The notes under the pieces are model-generated. The model was not told the DNA's origin and did no database searches. It worked only from the letters and a program-made list of their open reading frames with translations. From an uncultured candidate division Zixibacteria bacterium (GTDB lineage Bacteria > Zixibacteria > MSB-5A5 > RBG-16-43-9): a stretch of DNA of 64,000 bases. Below, piece after piece: positions 38,639 to 47,833 of this stretch. The stretch is from NCBI GenBank assembly GCA_963713865.1, contig OY970208.1, forward strand, positions 928,001 to 992,000, given 5' to 3'. The position numbers and the translations under genes were made by a program. Every line of letters begins with the position of its first letter. The first letter of the stretch is position 1.

Positions 38639-39562
38639 CTATTTTTTCTGAGGTGTTTCTTTGTCTATAGATTTAAGTTTGCCTTGTTCGTCCAGATTAA
38701 AGATAACCTTAAAATCCTTTTTTCCAAAAGAAATTTTATCAAGTTCGGGTGCTTGCTCTACCTGTAGAATAAAATAACCATCTCCGGTCTTTGTAGGTAT
38801 AATCTGGAAATAACTTTTATAGTGATAAACCGAACCTATGGTATCTGAAGCTCTATCTGGTAGTTCTATTATATCCAATCCATCAGAACCGATTAGAGAA
38901 ATCTTCAAATCCTGCGGAATCTCATCCTTTATTACAATATGATACAAGACCAGAGAGGTATCATTTAAAGAAGGGGGAGGGTTTATCCTGAAACTGTTGG
39001 TAAAGCTGGCTTCTTCAAATTTTAATATAATCGCATTATTTTCAGGGATGGATTTTCTTCCCTGAAGAGAGACTAACTTCCCGGATTCATCAAAACTGAA
39101 AAAGACATGAAAAACCGATTCAGTCTTCTCTGCGCAGGCGGAACTGGTGTTAATTTTAATCCCGATTACATAATCACCGGGCTTTTCTGCTTTAAAACTG
39201 AATTTACCCTCATAAATATCTCCCTTCTTAACTGGAGGATTCCACCCTGGCTCTATTTCGCTACATTCAAAGGCTCCTGTTACATCCCCTTTATGATAGG
39301 CTCTCAAAATACTTATTACTGGCGTCTGATAGCAGAACTGGTGTGCTTGTAATTTAAGAATAACGGTTGTGGTTTTACCTAATTCAGGTAAAGATTCAAA
39401 GGTTATCAAAGCTGAATAAGGGTAAAGCTTAATCTCATCTTCGTTAAACTGAAGTCCCCATTGATAATTAATCGTATGTTCGATATTTTCTTCTCCATTA
39501 AGCAAGTTAGAAGAAAATAGCCATAGGTTAATCGTTAATAACATAAATCCATATTTAAACAT
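38639..39562 (-). CDS. Diverged paralog C of the same exported family
   Basis: YQWG, FESLPELGK, KKGDIYEG, FDESGKLV, PPPSLNDTS, LDEQGKL align with paralogs A and B; signal peptide; GGAGGTG RBS best fits ATG 39562. Confidence 0.75.
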   Translation of the reverse strand: MFKYGFMLLTINLWLFSSNLLNGEENIEHTINYQWGLQFNEDEIKLYPYSALITFESLPELGKTTTVILKLQAHQFCYQTPVISILRAYHKGDVTGAFECSEIEPGWNPPVKKGDIYEGKFSFKAEKPGDYVIGIKINTSSACAEKTESVFHVFFSFDESGKLVSLQGRKSIPENNAIILKFEEASFTNSFRINPPPSLNDTSLVLYHIVIKDEIPQDLKISLIGSDGLDIIELPDRASDTIGSVYHYKSYFQIIPTKTGDGYFILQVEQAPELDKISFGKKDFKVIFNLDEQGKLKSIDKETPQKK

Positions 39563-39627
39563 TTTCATGTCACCTCCAGATTAATCTTTCCCAATCTTGA
39601 ACTTTTAAGCATACTTTCTTTTCTTCC

Positions 39628-39656
39628 TCCGCCCGGGCCCACGTTACCCGGGCGGA
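39628..39656. other. GC-rich hairpin in the operon leader
   Basis: TCCGCCCGGG-9nt-CCCGGGCGGA perfect 10-bp stem in an AT-rich context. Confidence 0.7.
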
Positions 39657-39709
39657 TGATTGGAACTACAAGAAAGAAGTAAAAGAGGTAAAAACCTGCT
39701 AAGGTGTGT

Positions 39710-39725
39710 ATCAAAAAATATGCCA
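39710..39725 (-). promoter_or_regulatory. Putative sigma54 (-24/-12) promoter
   Basis: Minus strand TGGCATATTTTTTGAT = GG-N10-GA versus consensus TGGCAC-N5-TTGC; directly downstream of a sigma54 activator gene. Confidence 0.65.
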
Positions 39726-39833
39726 GCTTAATAAAAACATCGCTCTCTCGATACTAACTCTTTGTGTATAAAAAAGATGGGGTGAAAAGAATTGGAAATC
39801 TCAGATGTAAAAATATGGAGAATAAAAAAATCT

Positions 39834-39938
39834 ATTTCAAGTATGAAATGACTAATTAATAAAAATTCAGATAATGTGTTGTTTAAATTAGACTTATGAG
39901 TATTTCAAGAATGAAATGGGATTTTGCAGAAATGAAAT
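39834..39938. promoter_or_regulatory. Putative enhancer (UAS) palindromes ATTTCA-N4-TGAAAT
   Basis: Perfect at 39834-39849 and 39902-39917, degenerate TTTGCA-GAAA-TGAAAT at 39923-39938. Confidence 0.65.
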
Positions 39939-39939
39939 A

Positions 39940-42309
39940 CTAAAGGGGGATATTATAAAACTTTATCTTCCGGCATAAAGTTGCCTCAGAGATTCCTAAA
40001 AACTCAGATGCTAATTTCCGATTACCGTTATATTTTTTCAGAGTGTCTATAATCTCTTTCTTCTCCAGCTCCTGTATTTTACTATTTAATGTTAGTGATT
40101 GGTTGTCTGGTTCATTGTGATATTTATTTGAAGTTTCTAAAAACTTCTTTTCAGGGAAAAGCACAATACTTTTTACTTCATTCTCTAACTCCCTTATATT
40201 CCCGGGCCAATCATATTCCTGGAGCTTTTCTATTAGTTTCGGATATCCTAAAAGCTTCAGGTTATCCTCAGCTATTCCAGTTTCCTTCAGAAAATACACT
40301 ATCAACAACGGTATATCCTCTTTCCTCTCCCTCAAAGGCTGGAGTTTTAAGTTGAACGTATTAAGCCGAAAATAGAGGTCTTTTCTGAAGAATTCTTTTG
40401 AGACTCTCTCCATAAGATTACGGGAAGTGGAAACGATAATCCTTACATCTATCTTTTTAGGCTTGGTCTCACCTATCCGGGTAATCTCTTTATCCTCAAT
40501 TGCCCTTAGTAATTTTACCTGAGTGGATAAAGGTATCTCTGCTACCTCATCTATATACAAAGTCCCGCCAGCCGCCTCCTCAAATAACCCTACACTGCTC
40601 TCGTCAGCACCGGTATAAGCTCCTTTAATATGTCCGAAGAGTGCATTCTCTAACAAGGTCTCTGGAACCGTAGAACATTGAGCTACTACAAACTTCTTAT
40701 CTTTTCTTTTACTCTCATAATGAATACATTTCGCTAACAAATCTTTTCCTGTGCCAGTCTCTCCCTCTATTAGAATGGTCATATCTGTATCTTTTATCCT
40801 CTTTGCTTCTTCTAGTATATCCAGCATCTTTCTATTCCGGGTGATGATATTAGAAAAGGTATATTTCTTTTGTGAATCAGGTACCCCAAGCTCCCCGCTA
40901 AACTTTGTTAGCTTATTTCTAAACTCCCTAACCAGACTCAAATCTCTTTCCTCTTTTAATTCAAAAAATACCTTTTCCGCATCTTTTAGATAAAGACCCG
41001 CACTCACATATTCCTGCTTCTCGAAAAATAGATTAAATTGGGCTAATTTGATTAATCCAAGATGGTATTTCGATTCTAAATTTTTGAAGATGTCCTCAGC
41101 CAGTCCCAAATACATTATCCGCTCATAATAATCATAACAGTCAGATCTTCCTGCTTCTAAATAGGTTTTGGCTAATTCATATTTAGCGTTTATCTCTTGA
41201 AAGATATTCAGACTCCTGTTGAAATACTCCTGAGCTTTTTCCTTATCACCTCTAAATGTATAAATCTGCCCAAGAATACGATAACAGGCAGACTCCTCAA
41301 CTCTTTCTCCTAAAGATTTACTAACCCTTAGAGCTTTTTGACAAGAGCTAAATGCCTGGTCGTATTCTTTCTTAGTTACCTGCAAATCTGCCAGGAGACG
41401 ATAAGTCTGGCTTATCATATCCCCTTCTGGGGCTCTTTCATCCATTATCTCAAAGACTTTTTTATAATGATTTTCTGCAGATTGATGGTCTCCCTGAATA
41501 AAAGCTAATTCACCAGAGTACTCATGATAAATTGATAGCTCACGCACACAGTTGTTCTTCTGAATCAGAGATAAAGATTCTTCATAGAATTTTTTTGCTT
41601 TTGAAAACTCTCTTTTCAGAAAATATACGTAACCCAAGGAGAGCAAACCCCTGCTTAGATTGAGTTCATCTTTTGCCTGTCGATTCAATCCTATGTTTAA
41701 AAGTAAACTCCTCTCTGCCTTTTTCCAGTTACCTATCTTTAAAAACATCTGACCTAAATTACCATATAAAAAAGCTTTTTTTTCTGGCTGTCCTGCTTTA
41801 TCAACAAAACTAAGAGCATCTTGAAGATATTCTATAGATTTAGAATAACTTCCCTTAATGTATTCAACATTAGAAAGCCGACTAAGACAATTAATGACCC
41901 CTTTTAAATCATTAATTCTTCTATAACCAGTTGAGGCGTCCCTTATCTCTGTCTCTGCAGATTTAAGATTGCCAAGAGCTATATAAATTAAGCCCAGGAG
42001 GAACTGAGCCTGGGATATTTTTAAATCATTATGTAGTTCAATGAATATGGAAATAGCTCTTTTACCTGTTTCCAATGCCTCCTCATAACTCCCGAAATGT
42101 CGTAAAACTTTAGCCGCAGAATAATAAAACTGCCCCATCTCTTCTGTAAATGGTTCTTCTGGCAATGCAAAAGAACCTAACTTTCCCGTGCTCTGAACCT
42201 CCCTGATCTGAGCTAAGGCTGTTATATAATCATTATCCTCAATCAGCTTTTCTATTTCCTCAAGCTGATGAGTTAAATCCACCTTTGAGTTCTGGAAATT
42301 ATCTTTCAT
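39940..42309 (-). CDS. TPR-repeat sigma54-dependent transcriptional activator (TPR + AAA+ + Fis-type HTH)
   Basis: About 470 aa of TPR-like helical repeats; GETGTGKD, LFGHIKGAYTGA, LYIDEV, FRKDLYFRL, WPGNIRELEN; HTH NRKLASEFLGISEATLCRK. Confidence 0.92.
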   Translation of the reverse strand: MKDNFQNSKVDLTHQLEEIEKLIEDNDYITALAQIREVQSTGKLGSFALPEEPFTEEMGQFYYSAAKVLRHFGSYEEALETGKRAISIFIELHNDLKISQAQFLLGLIYIALGNLKSAETEIRDASTGYRRINDLKGVINCLSRLSNVEYIKGSYSKSIEYLQDALSFVDKAGQPEKKAFLYGNLGQMFLKIGNWKKAERSLLLNIGLNRQAKDELNLSRGLLSLGYVYFLKREFSKAKKFYEESLSLIQKNNCVRELSIYHEYSGELAFIQGDHQSAENHYKKVFEIMDERAPEGDMISQTYRLLADLQVTKKEYDQAFSSCQKALRVSKSLGERVEESACYRILGQIYTFRGDKEKAQEYFNRSLNIFQEINAKYELAKTYLEAGRSDCYDYYERIMYLGLAEDIFKNLESKYHLGLIKLAQFNLFFEKQEYVSAGLYLKDAEKVFFELKEERDLSLVREFRNKLTKFSGELGVPDSQKKYTFSNIITRNRKMLDILEEAKRIKDTDMTILIEGETGTGKDLLAKCIHYESKRKDKKFVVAQCSTVPETLLENALFGHIKGAYTGADESSVGLFEEAAGGTLYIDEVAEIPLSTQVKLLRAIEDKEITRIGETKPKKIDVRIIVSTSRNLMERVSKEFFRKDLYFRLNTFNLKLQPLRERKEDIPLLIVYFLKETGIAEDNLKLLGYPKLIEKLQEYDWPGNIRELENEVKSIVLFPEKKFLETSNKYHNEPDNQSLTLNSKIQELEKKEIIDTLKKYNGNRKLASEFLGISEATLCRKIKFYNIPL

Positions 42310-42607
42310 CTTGTTTTTTAACTAAGTTAGTAGAATTTTTCACTGGTTCTTCTGTTTTAAGTTGCGCCTGATTTGATGATTTATCAATAATTATCAGTGC
42401 TGGAAGATTTTGAGTATTTGTAATAAGGAGGAATTTTATTATTGAAGGAGAATTATCAATAGTTTGCGGAGTAACAGGTACTTTCTCACAATCTTGCCAT
42501 GGATCTCCATAAAGTTTAGCTCTTCTTGCATCCACTGCCCAGGTAGAGGTGATAAAAAACAAAAGAAGCAACCCCAACAAAAGCCCTAAAATAAGTCTCT
42601 TTTTCAT
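42299..42607 (-). CDS. Small secreted protein / putative pro-peptide, coupled to the activator
   Basis: MKKR + Leu-rich core + TWA|V signal cleavage; AAGGAG RBS; overlaps the activator start by 11 nt. Confidence 0.75.
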   Translation of the reverse strand: MKKRLILGLLLGLLLLFFITSTWAVDARRAKLYGDPWQDCEKVPVTPQTIDNSPSIIKFLLITNTQNLPALIIIDKSSNQAQLKTEEPVKNSTNLVKKQDER

Positions 42608-42660
42608 TGTTTTCTCCTTTCAGGTAAGTAATTAAACAAATCTAAGGTTATTACGGACTT

Positions 42661-42688
42661 AAAATAAGATATAAAAAGGATTTGTCAA
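42661..42688 (-). promoter_or_regulatory. Putative sigma70 promoter for the peptide-activator pair
   Basis: TTGACA (42683-88)-N16-TATTTT on the minus strand. Confidence 0.5.
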
Positions 42689-42796
42689 GGGGAAAATTAA
42701 AATTTTATGATATTTATGGTTAAAATTGAATAAAGGGTGTTAGAATGGTCAGGATATTATACTTTTAGATATTAGACCTGATAGTAAATATATTTT

Positions 42797-44203
42797 TTAT
42801 TCAGATTCTTCCCTTATCCTTATGTTATATTTTCTCATCAGGGCTTGAAAGTTAGTTCTCTGCATACTGACCTCTTTAGCTGAGCGGGTGACGTTCCAGT
42901 CATTCCGGTTCAAGGCTTCAAGGATGAACATCTTCTCAATATTCTCCACTGCGCTTTCCCGGAGATACTTTTTCATCGTTTTCAGCTCTTCGGAGTTTTT
43001 CGGGATTTGGGTATCCATTCCTGCACCCTGTCCCAAAATAGTAGCTGGAAGGTACTCTGAGATAATGGTTTTACTTTCAGCCATTACTACTGCTCTTTCT
43101 ATCACATTTTCCAATTGTCTGACATTTCCGGGCCATTCATAATTTATGAGCTTGTTCATAGCCTCTACGGAGATACTCTTGATCTCCTTATTCATTTCCT
43201 GATTGAACTTCTTGAGAAAATGATAAGCCAAAATCGGGATATCATCTTTTCTTACCCTTAAAGGGGGTATAGTAATTGAAACCACATTCAACCTGTAATA
43301 AAGGTCTTCTCTGAACTTCTTTTCATTGACCAAGTTCTCCAGATTCTTATTAGTAGCCACGATAAACCGTAAATCTACCTTTTTGGGCTGAATCCCTCCT
43401 ACTGGCAGAAACTCCTGTTCCTGGATAACTCTTAAGAGCTTCCCCTGGATAATCGGATTAATATCCCCGATCTCATCCAAAAATACCGAGCCCCCGTCTG
43501 CTACTTCAAAAAGACCCGGTTTAGTAACTACCGCCCCGGTGAACGAGCCTTTGATATGACCGAAAAGCTCGCTTTCTAAAAGGTCCTGGGATAACACCCC
43601 ACAATCTACCGTGAAAAAGGGTTTGTTTTTTCTTTGACTGTTAAAATGAATAGCCCTGGCAATTAACTCTTTGCCGGTTCCACTCTCACCGCAGATCAAT
43701 ACGGTGCTATCAGTCGGGGCAACCTTGCGAATGAATTTGAAAACCTCCTGTATTTTAGGGCTATTACCTACGATATTTTCAAAGGAATATTTAGCCTCTA
43801 ATTCTTTATGCAGGTAGATATTTTCAAAAATCAGTTTTTTTTTCTCCAGAGCTTTCTCCACCACCACGATCAGTTCTTCCGGGGTGAAAGGTTTCGGGAT
43901 ATAGTCTAAGGCACCCATCTTCATTGCCTGGACCGCAGTCTGGACAGTGGAATATCCGGTGATTATAATTACGATTATCTCCGGGTCCTTCTCCTTTATC
44001 TTGGTTAAAAGCTCCATCCCATCCATACCTGGCATCTTCAGATCAGTAATCACTATATCGAAAGATTCCTGATTGAGCTTTTCTAAAGCCTCTTCTCCGG
44101 AAAGAGCGATTCCTACCTCATAACCCTCAGGTGAAAGTATTCTCTGGACGCTTTTACAGATCACTACCTCATCATCCACTACCAGGATATTACCTTTTGC
44201 CAT
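42797..44203 (-). CDS. NtrC-family sigma54 response regulator
   Basis: REC (VVDDE, TDLKMPGMDG, KPF), GESGTGKE, ESELFGHIKGSFTGA, WPGNVRQLEN, HTH. Confidence 0.93.
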   Translation of the reverse strand: MAKGNILVVDDEVVICKSVQRILSPEGYEVGIALSGEEALEKLNQESFDIVITDLKMPGMDGMELLTKIKEKDPEIIVIIITGYSTVQTAVQAMKMGALDYIPKPFTPEELIVVVEKALEKKKLIFENIYLHKELEAKYSFENIVGNSPKIQEVFKFIRKVAPTDSTVLICGESGTGKELIARAIHFNSQRKNKPFFTVDCGVLSQDLLESELFGHIKGSFTGAVVTKPGLFEVADGGSVFLDEIGDINPIIQGKLLRVIQEQEFLPVGGIQPKKVDLRFIVATNKNLENLVNEKKFREDLYYRLNVVSITIPPLRVRKDDIPILAYHFLKKFNQEMNKEIKSISVEAMNKLINYEWPGNVRQLENVIERAVVMAESKTIISEYLPATILGQGAGMDTQIPKNSEELKTMKKYLRESAVENIEKMFILEALNRNDWNVTRSAKEVSMQRTNFQALMRKYNIRIREESE

Positions 44204-44235
44204 CTTCTATTTTAATCTCCTTAATTAAGACTTTA

Positions 44236-45795
44236 TTATTCTAAAGGCAATTTAACTGTAAAGGTCGAGCCTTTTCCTAACTGGCTTTTTACTTCTAAGT
44301 ATCCGTTATGTCGTTGAATTATCCCGTAACTTACCGATAGACCTAAACCAGTTCCCCTTCCAGACCTTTTGGTAGTAAAGAAGGGGTCAAAGATCTTGGG
44401 TAAGTTCTCCTCGGAGATTCCTGAACCGGTGTCCGTGAAGCTTATCTTTACAAACTTCTTCTCAGGATCGAAATCTGATCCTATGGTCAGAGTACCACCC
44501 TGAGACATAGCCTCAGCTGCATTTAAGATTATATTCACAAATACCTGTTTTATCTGGTCAACATCCATCATCACTGCAGGCAGATTTTCATTTAGCTTTT
44601 TTTCAACGCTTATATTAAGGAAAAGCGCTTGATTTTCCAGCAGAGAAAGGGTCTCCTCCACCACTTTATTTATATCTGCACGGGTTTTACTTGGCTCAGT
44701 CTGCCGTGCAAATTCTAAAAGACCTTTCACGATTTTCCTGCAGCGGGTGGTTTCGCTAACTATCACCTCTAAATCCTCTTTCATCTGCGGATTCTCTTTA
44801 TGTTCTTTCAAAAGCAGAGAGCTGTAAGTCAAAATACCCGTCAGGGGGTTATTTATCTCATGAGCAATCCCGGCCGCCAACTTACCTAAGGAAGCTAATT
44901 TTTCAGACTGGATTAGTTGCTCCTGGGTTTTCTTGAGCTCCTTTGTCTTTTCCTCCACCCTTTTCTCTAAAACCCGGCTCCATTCTTCTAATTCCTCTTG
45001 AGCTCCGGATAAATCCTTGGTCATCCGGTTGAAAGAGTTTGCCAGCTCACCGATCTCATCTTTAGAATCTATTTTCAAAGTATATTCTAAATCCCCGGAA
45101 GCAATCTTCTTGGTCTCATCCACTAAGGCTCTAACCGGACGGCTAACCGACCGCTTAACAAACATGGCGATAGTTCCAGAAATACCTAAAAATAGCACTA
45201 CTGCAAAAGCTAACATTTTGTTCTGATTTCCCTTTATCTGGTGATCTACGTCTGCTAAGGACATCCCGATATCTAAAACCCCTAAGACCTTTTGAGTAGA
45301 AGGATGAGCATGGCAGTCTGCAGTATAACAATCCTTTTCATTATAGATAGGATTTATCATCCCCAGGACCCGGTGTCCCTCTTTAGATTTATAGATCCGA
45401 TTCCTCTCCGGAGTAGGGAGTTTTTCCAGAGGTTTTTCAGCCGAATGGCAGGCATAACAGGCTTCAGCCTTTTTATCCACCATCGAGCCGATATCCTTTT
45501 TATCCGTGGAGAACATTATCTCTCCCTCTTTATTAAAAATCCTGATCTTCTCAATCCCTTCCTGTTCTCCTATGGTTTCGATGATCTTATGCACTGCCTC
45601 GCTCTCATATTTTAACATATCATAGCGCGTGCTTCTTTTAACCGTTTCGCTTATGCGGTTAGCACTCCGCAGAACCTCACTCGTCAACTGCCCTTTCTGA
45701 GAATTTATGCTCACATAAGCGAATATCCCCAGAGCTATAATTAGAATAGACCCCACAAATAAGATTAGTTTAAACCCTAAGCGATTATACCACAT
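44236..45795 (-). CDS. Sensor histidine kinase with periplasmic heme-c-like motifs and HAMP domain
   Basis: 2 TM; CYACH and CYTADCH; DEIGELANSFN; AHEINNPL; GTGLGL. Start probably ATG 45795. Confidence 0.9.
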   Translation of the reverse strand: MWYNRLGFKLILFVGSILIIALGIFAYVSINSQKGQLTSEVLRSANRISETVKRSTRYDMLKYESEAVHKIIETIGEQEGIEKIRIFNKEGEIMFSTDKKDIGSMVDKKAEACYACHSAEKPLEKLPTPERNRIYKSKEGHRVLGMINPIYNEKDCYTADCHAHPSTQKVLGVLDIGMSLADVDHQIKGNQNKMLAFAVVLFLGISGTIAMFVKRSVSRPVRALVDETKKIASGDLEYTLKIDSKDEIGELANSFNRMTKDLSGAQEELEEWSRVLEKRVEEKTKELKKTQEQLIQSEKLASLGKLAAGIAHEINNPLTGILTYSSLLLKEHKENPQMKEDLEVIVSETTRCRKIVKGLLEFARQTEPSKTRADINKVVEETLSLLENQALFLNISVEKKLNENLPAVMMDVDQIKQVFVNIILNAAEAMSQGGTLTIGSDFDPEKKFVKISFTDTGSGISEENLPKIFDPFFTTKRSGRGTGLGLSVSYGIIQRHNGYLEVKSQLGKGSTFTVKLPLE

Positions 45796-45904
45796 ACAAA
45801 AAAACTCCACAAGTTAAGCATTAATATAAAATCTCAGGAGTAAAATGTCAAATCTTTAACCTGAAAGATTATACTGGAATAAAAAAGATATATTTGTTTT
45901 GTTT

Positions 45905-46125
45905 AGGGAGCGCATCCAAAGAGATGCGGCATTGACCTCGTCTTTGGCGGAGCACTCAATAAAGTTTTTAGCTCGATAAATCGAGCAACTTCAGTCCTGT
46001 ACTCTAAATCCACTTACCTATTCCCATCTCCCCTCCACGAATCGCAAAGCTTTTAACGGCTTGTAGGAGAGAGGTCACCCTCTCTGCATCCATATCTACC
46101 AGAGCGAGGAGACCTCGCCGCTGCT
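45905..46125. repeat. Cluster of REP-like palindromes
   Basis: CGCATC-N5-GATGCG, TCGTCTTTGGCGGA, GCTCGATAAATCGAGCAACT, AGAGAGG-TCAC-CCTCTCT, GCGAGG-AGA-CCTCGC. Confidence 0.55.
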
Positions 46126-46304
46126 ATTTTTTTTCATAGATAATTTTTATAGAATAATCCTATGGATGGTTTATTAAAAATAATATAGTAATTGTTTCTG
46201 ATAATACGTTATATTTTACTAAAGTGAGGTTTTTATTGAAAATTGAACGGTGCAGATTTTAGAATGACCGAGAATTATCTGAAATTCAATAGGGAGATAA
46301 TTTT

Positions 46305-47235
46305 ATGAGCCAGGATAAAAAGAAAGTTGACTGGTCAGAAGGGTGCTGGAAAGATATGCTGATAGACCAGCGAAAATATATATGGCTCAACGACACGGTG
46401 GCTAAGTTAGCCCTGTGGCTGGACCTCAAGCCCGGAATGACCGCAGTCGACGTCGGTTGTGGACTGGGTAACCTGGGTTATACTTACTGGCCTTATTTTG
46501 GCGAAGTCGGGCGCTATTTCGGGGTGGATGAGTCGCCGGAGTTAATCCGGGAAGCAACGGAGGCAGCAGAGGAGTGGGCAACTGGCGGTGAGACAAAATT
46601 TGTAACTGGTGACGCTTATAAATTGCCGTTTCCAGAACGACTTCGCGGACTGGGTTATGTGCCAGACCCTTTTGATGCATCTGGAAAAACCTGAACTTGC
46701 CCTGGCTGAGATGGTCCGGGTGGTTAAGCCAGGCGGACTTATTATGTGCAACGAGCCGGATAACCTGTCGACAATGCTGGCAAAACACTACTGGTCTATA
46801 CCAGAGCTGGATATTGAAGAGGAGCTGTTAATTAAGAAAGTCTATTTGATCACCAACAAGGGCCATATCAAACTGGGCCGAGGGGACCAGAACATCGGCT
46901 CCAAGGTTCCGGTGATGATGAAACGACTGGCTCTTACCGAGATTGAAGCCCGGATGAACGACAAGGTTCAATTCCTCCATCCGCCTTACGAAGGTCCACT
47001 CCAGTAGAACCTTCTGCACATGATAAAGAAAAGAGTCTTGGATCAGAGTGAATTCTGGATGTTACGTACCCGTGAAGAGTTTCTGGCGGGAGGTGGAAAT
47101 CCGGATGAATATGAACGTTTTCGAGAAATATCCGATAAGATCAAGCGTGTTTTCAAGCAGCAGCTTGAGGATGGTAAATATACTGCTTGCACGGCTGGTT
47201 TTTTCTACGTGATTAAAGGAAGGAAGCCAAAATAA
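46305..47235 (+). pseudogene. Class I SAM methyltransferase, interrupted (frameshift ~46635, in-frame TAG 47005-47007)
   Basis: VDVGCGLG, GDAYKLPF, then in another frame CQTLLMHLEKPELALAEMVRVVKPGG; PLQ-TAG-NLLHMIKK continues in frame. Confidence 0.75.
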
Positions 47236-47336
47236 TCAGGTTTATGCTGCCAAGAATTAACTTTCGGGAATCTGTTTGAGTATAATTCTAACTTCTTAGG
47301 GTTCAAAATGTAGCAGGATTTTCGAGGAGATTTTTA

Positions 47337-47711
47337 TTAACTCATTTTTATAATTTCCTGAATCGTTTGCTCGATATCTTTTTTACTAAAAGGTTTTTTC
47401 ATGAAAGCTTTAGCTCCAGCATTTAATACCTTCTCAACTTCCTCTGTTCCGACATGTCCGGTGATTGCCACTATCTTTACGTCTCTATCCAGTTCAAGCA
47501 ATTTCCGGGTTAAATCTATTCCATCCATTTCTGGCATAGAGATGTCAGTGAATACAATATCGAATTTCTCTTTTTGGTAAGCTTCCAGTGCTTTTTTGCC
47601 TTCATAGGTGACAGTGACCTTATGGCCATCCACCTCTATCAGTTTTCCCAGAACCTCAGCTACTACCTCTTCGTCATCCACAATTAATATTTTTAAATTT
47701 TTCTGATTCAT
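47337..47711 (-). CDS. Single-domain response regulator (CheY-like)
   Basis: IVDDE, TDISMPEMDG, ITG, KPF. Confidence 0.92.
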   Translation of the reverse strand: MNQKNLKILIVDDEEVVAEVLGKLIEVDGHKVTVTYEGKKALEAYQKEKFDIVFTDISMPEMDGIDLTRKLLELDRDVKIVAITGHVGTEEVEKVLNAGAKAFMKKPFSKKDIEQTIQEIIKMS

Positions 47712-47833
47712 TAGCCCCCACCCGGATCAGATAAAGCGAACTCTATAATTCCTTCTGGATTATCAAGCTTTAGCTTGATTTCTGCTCTATCAGCTCAGAG
47801 AACCAAATGGTAACATCTGGATAAAGTAAAATC

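Noticed and set aside
47005-47007. Pyrrolysine or alternative genetic code
   Set aside because: TAG ends many normal genes here (pdaD, mfd, lepA), and the gene carries a second lesion.
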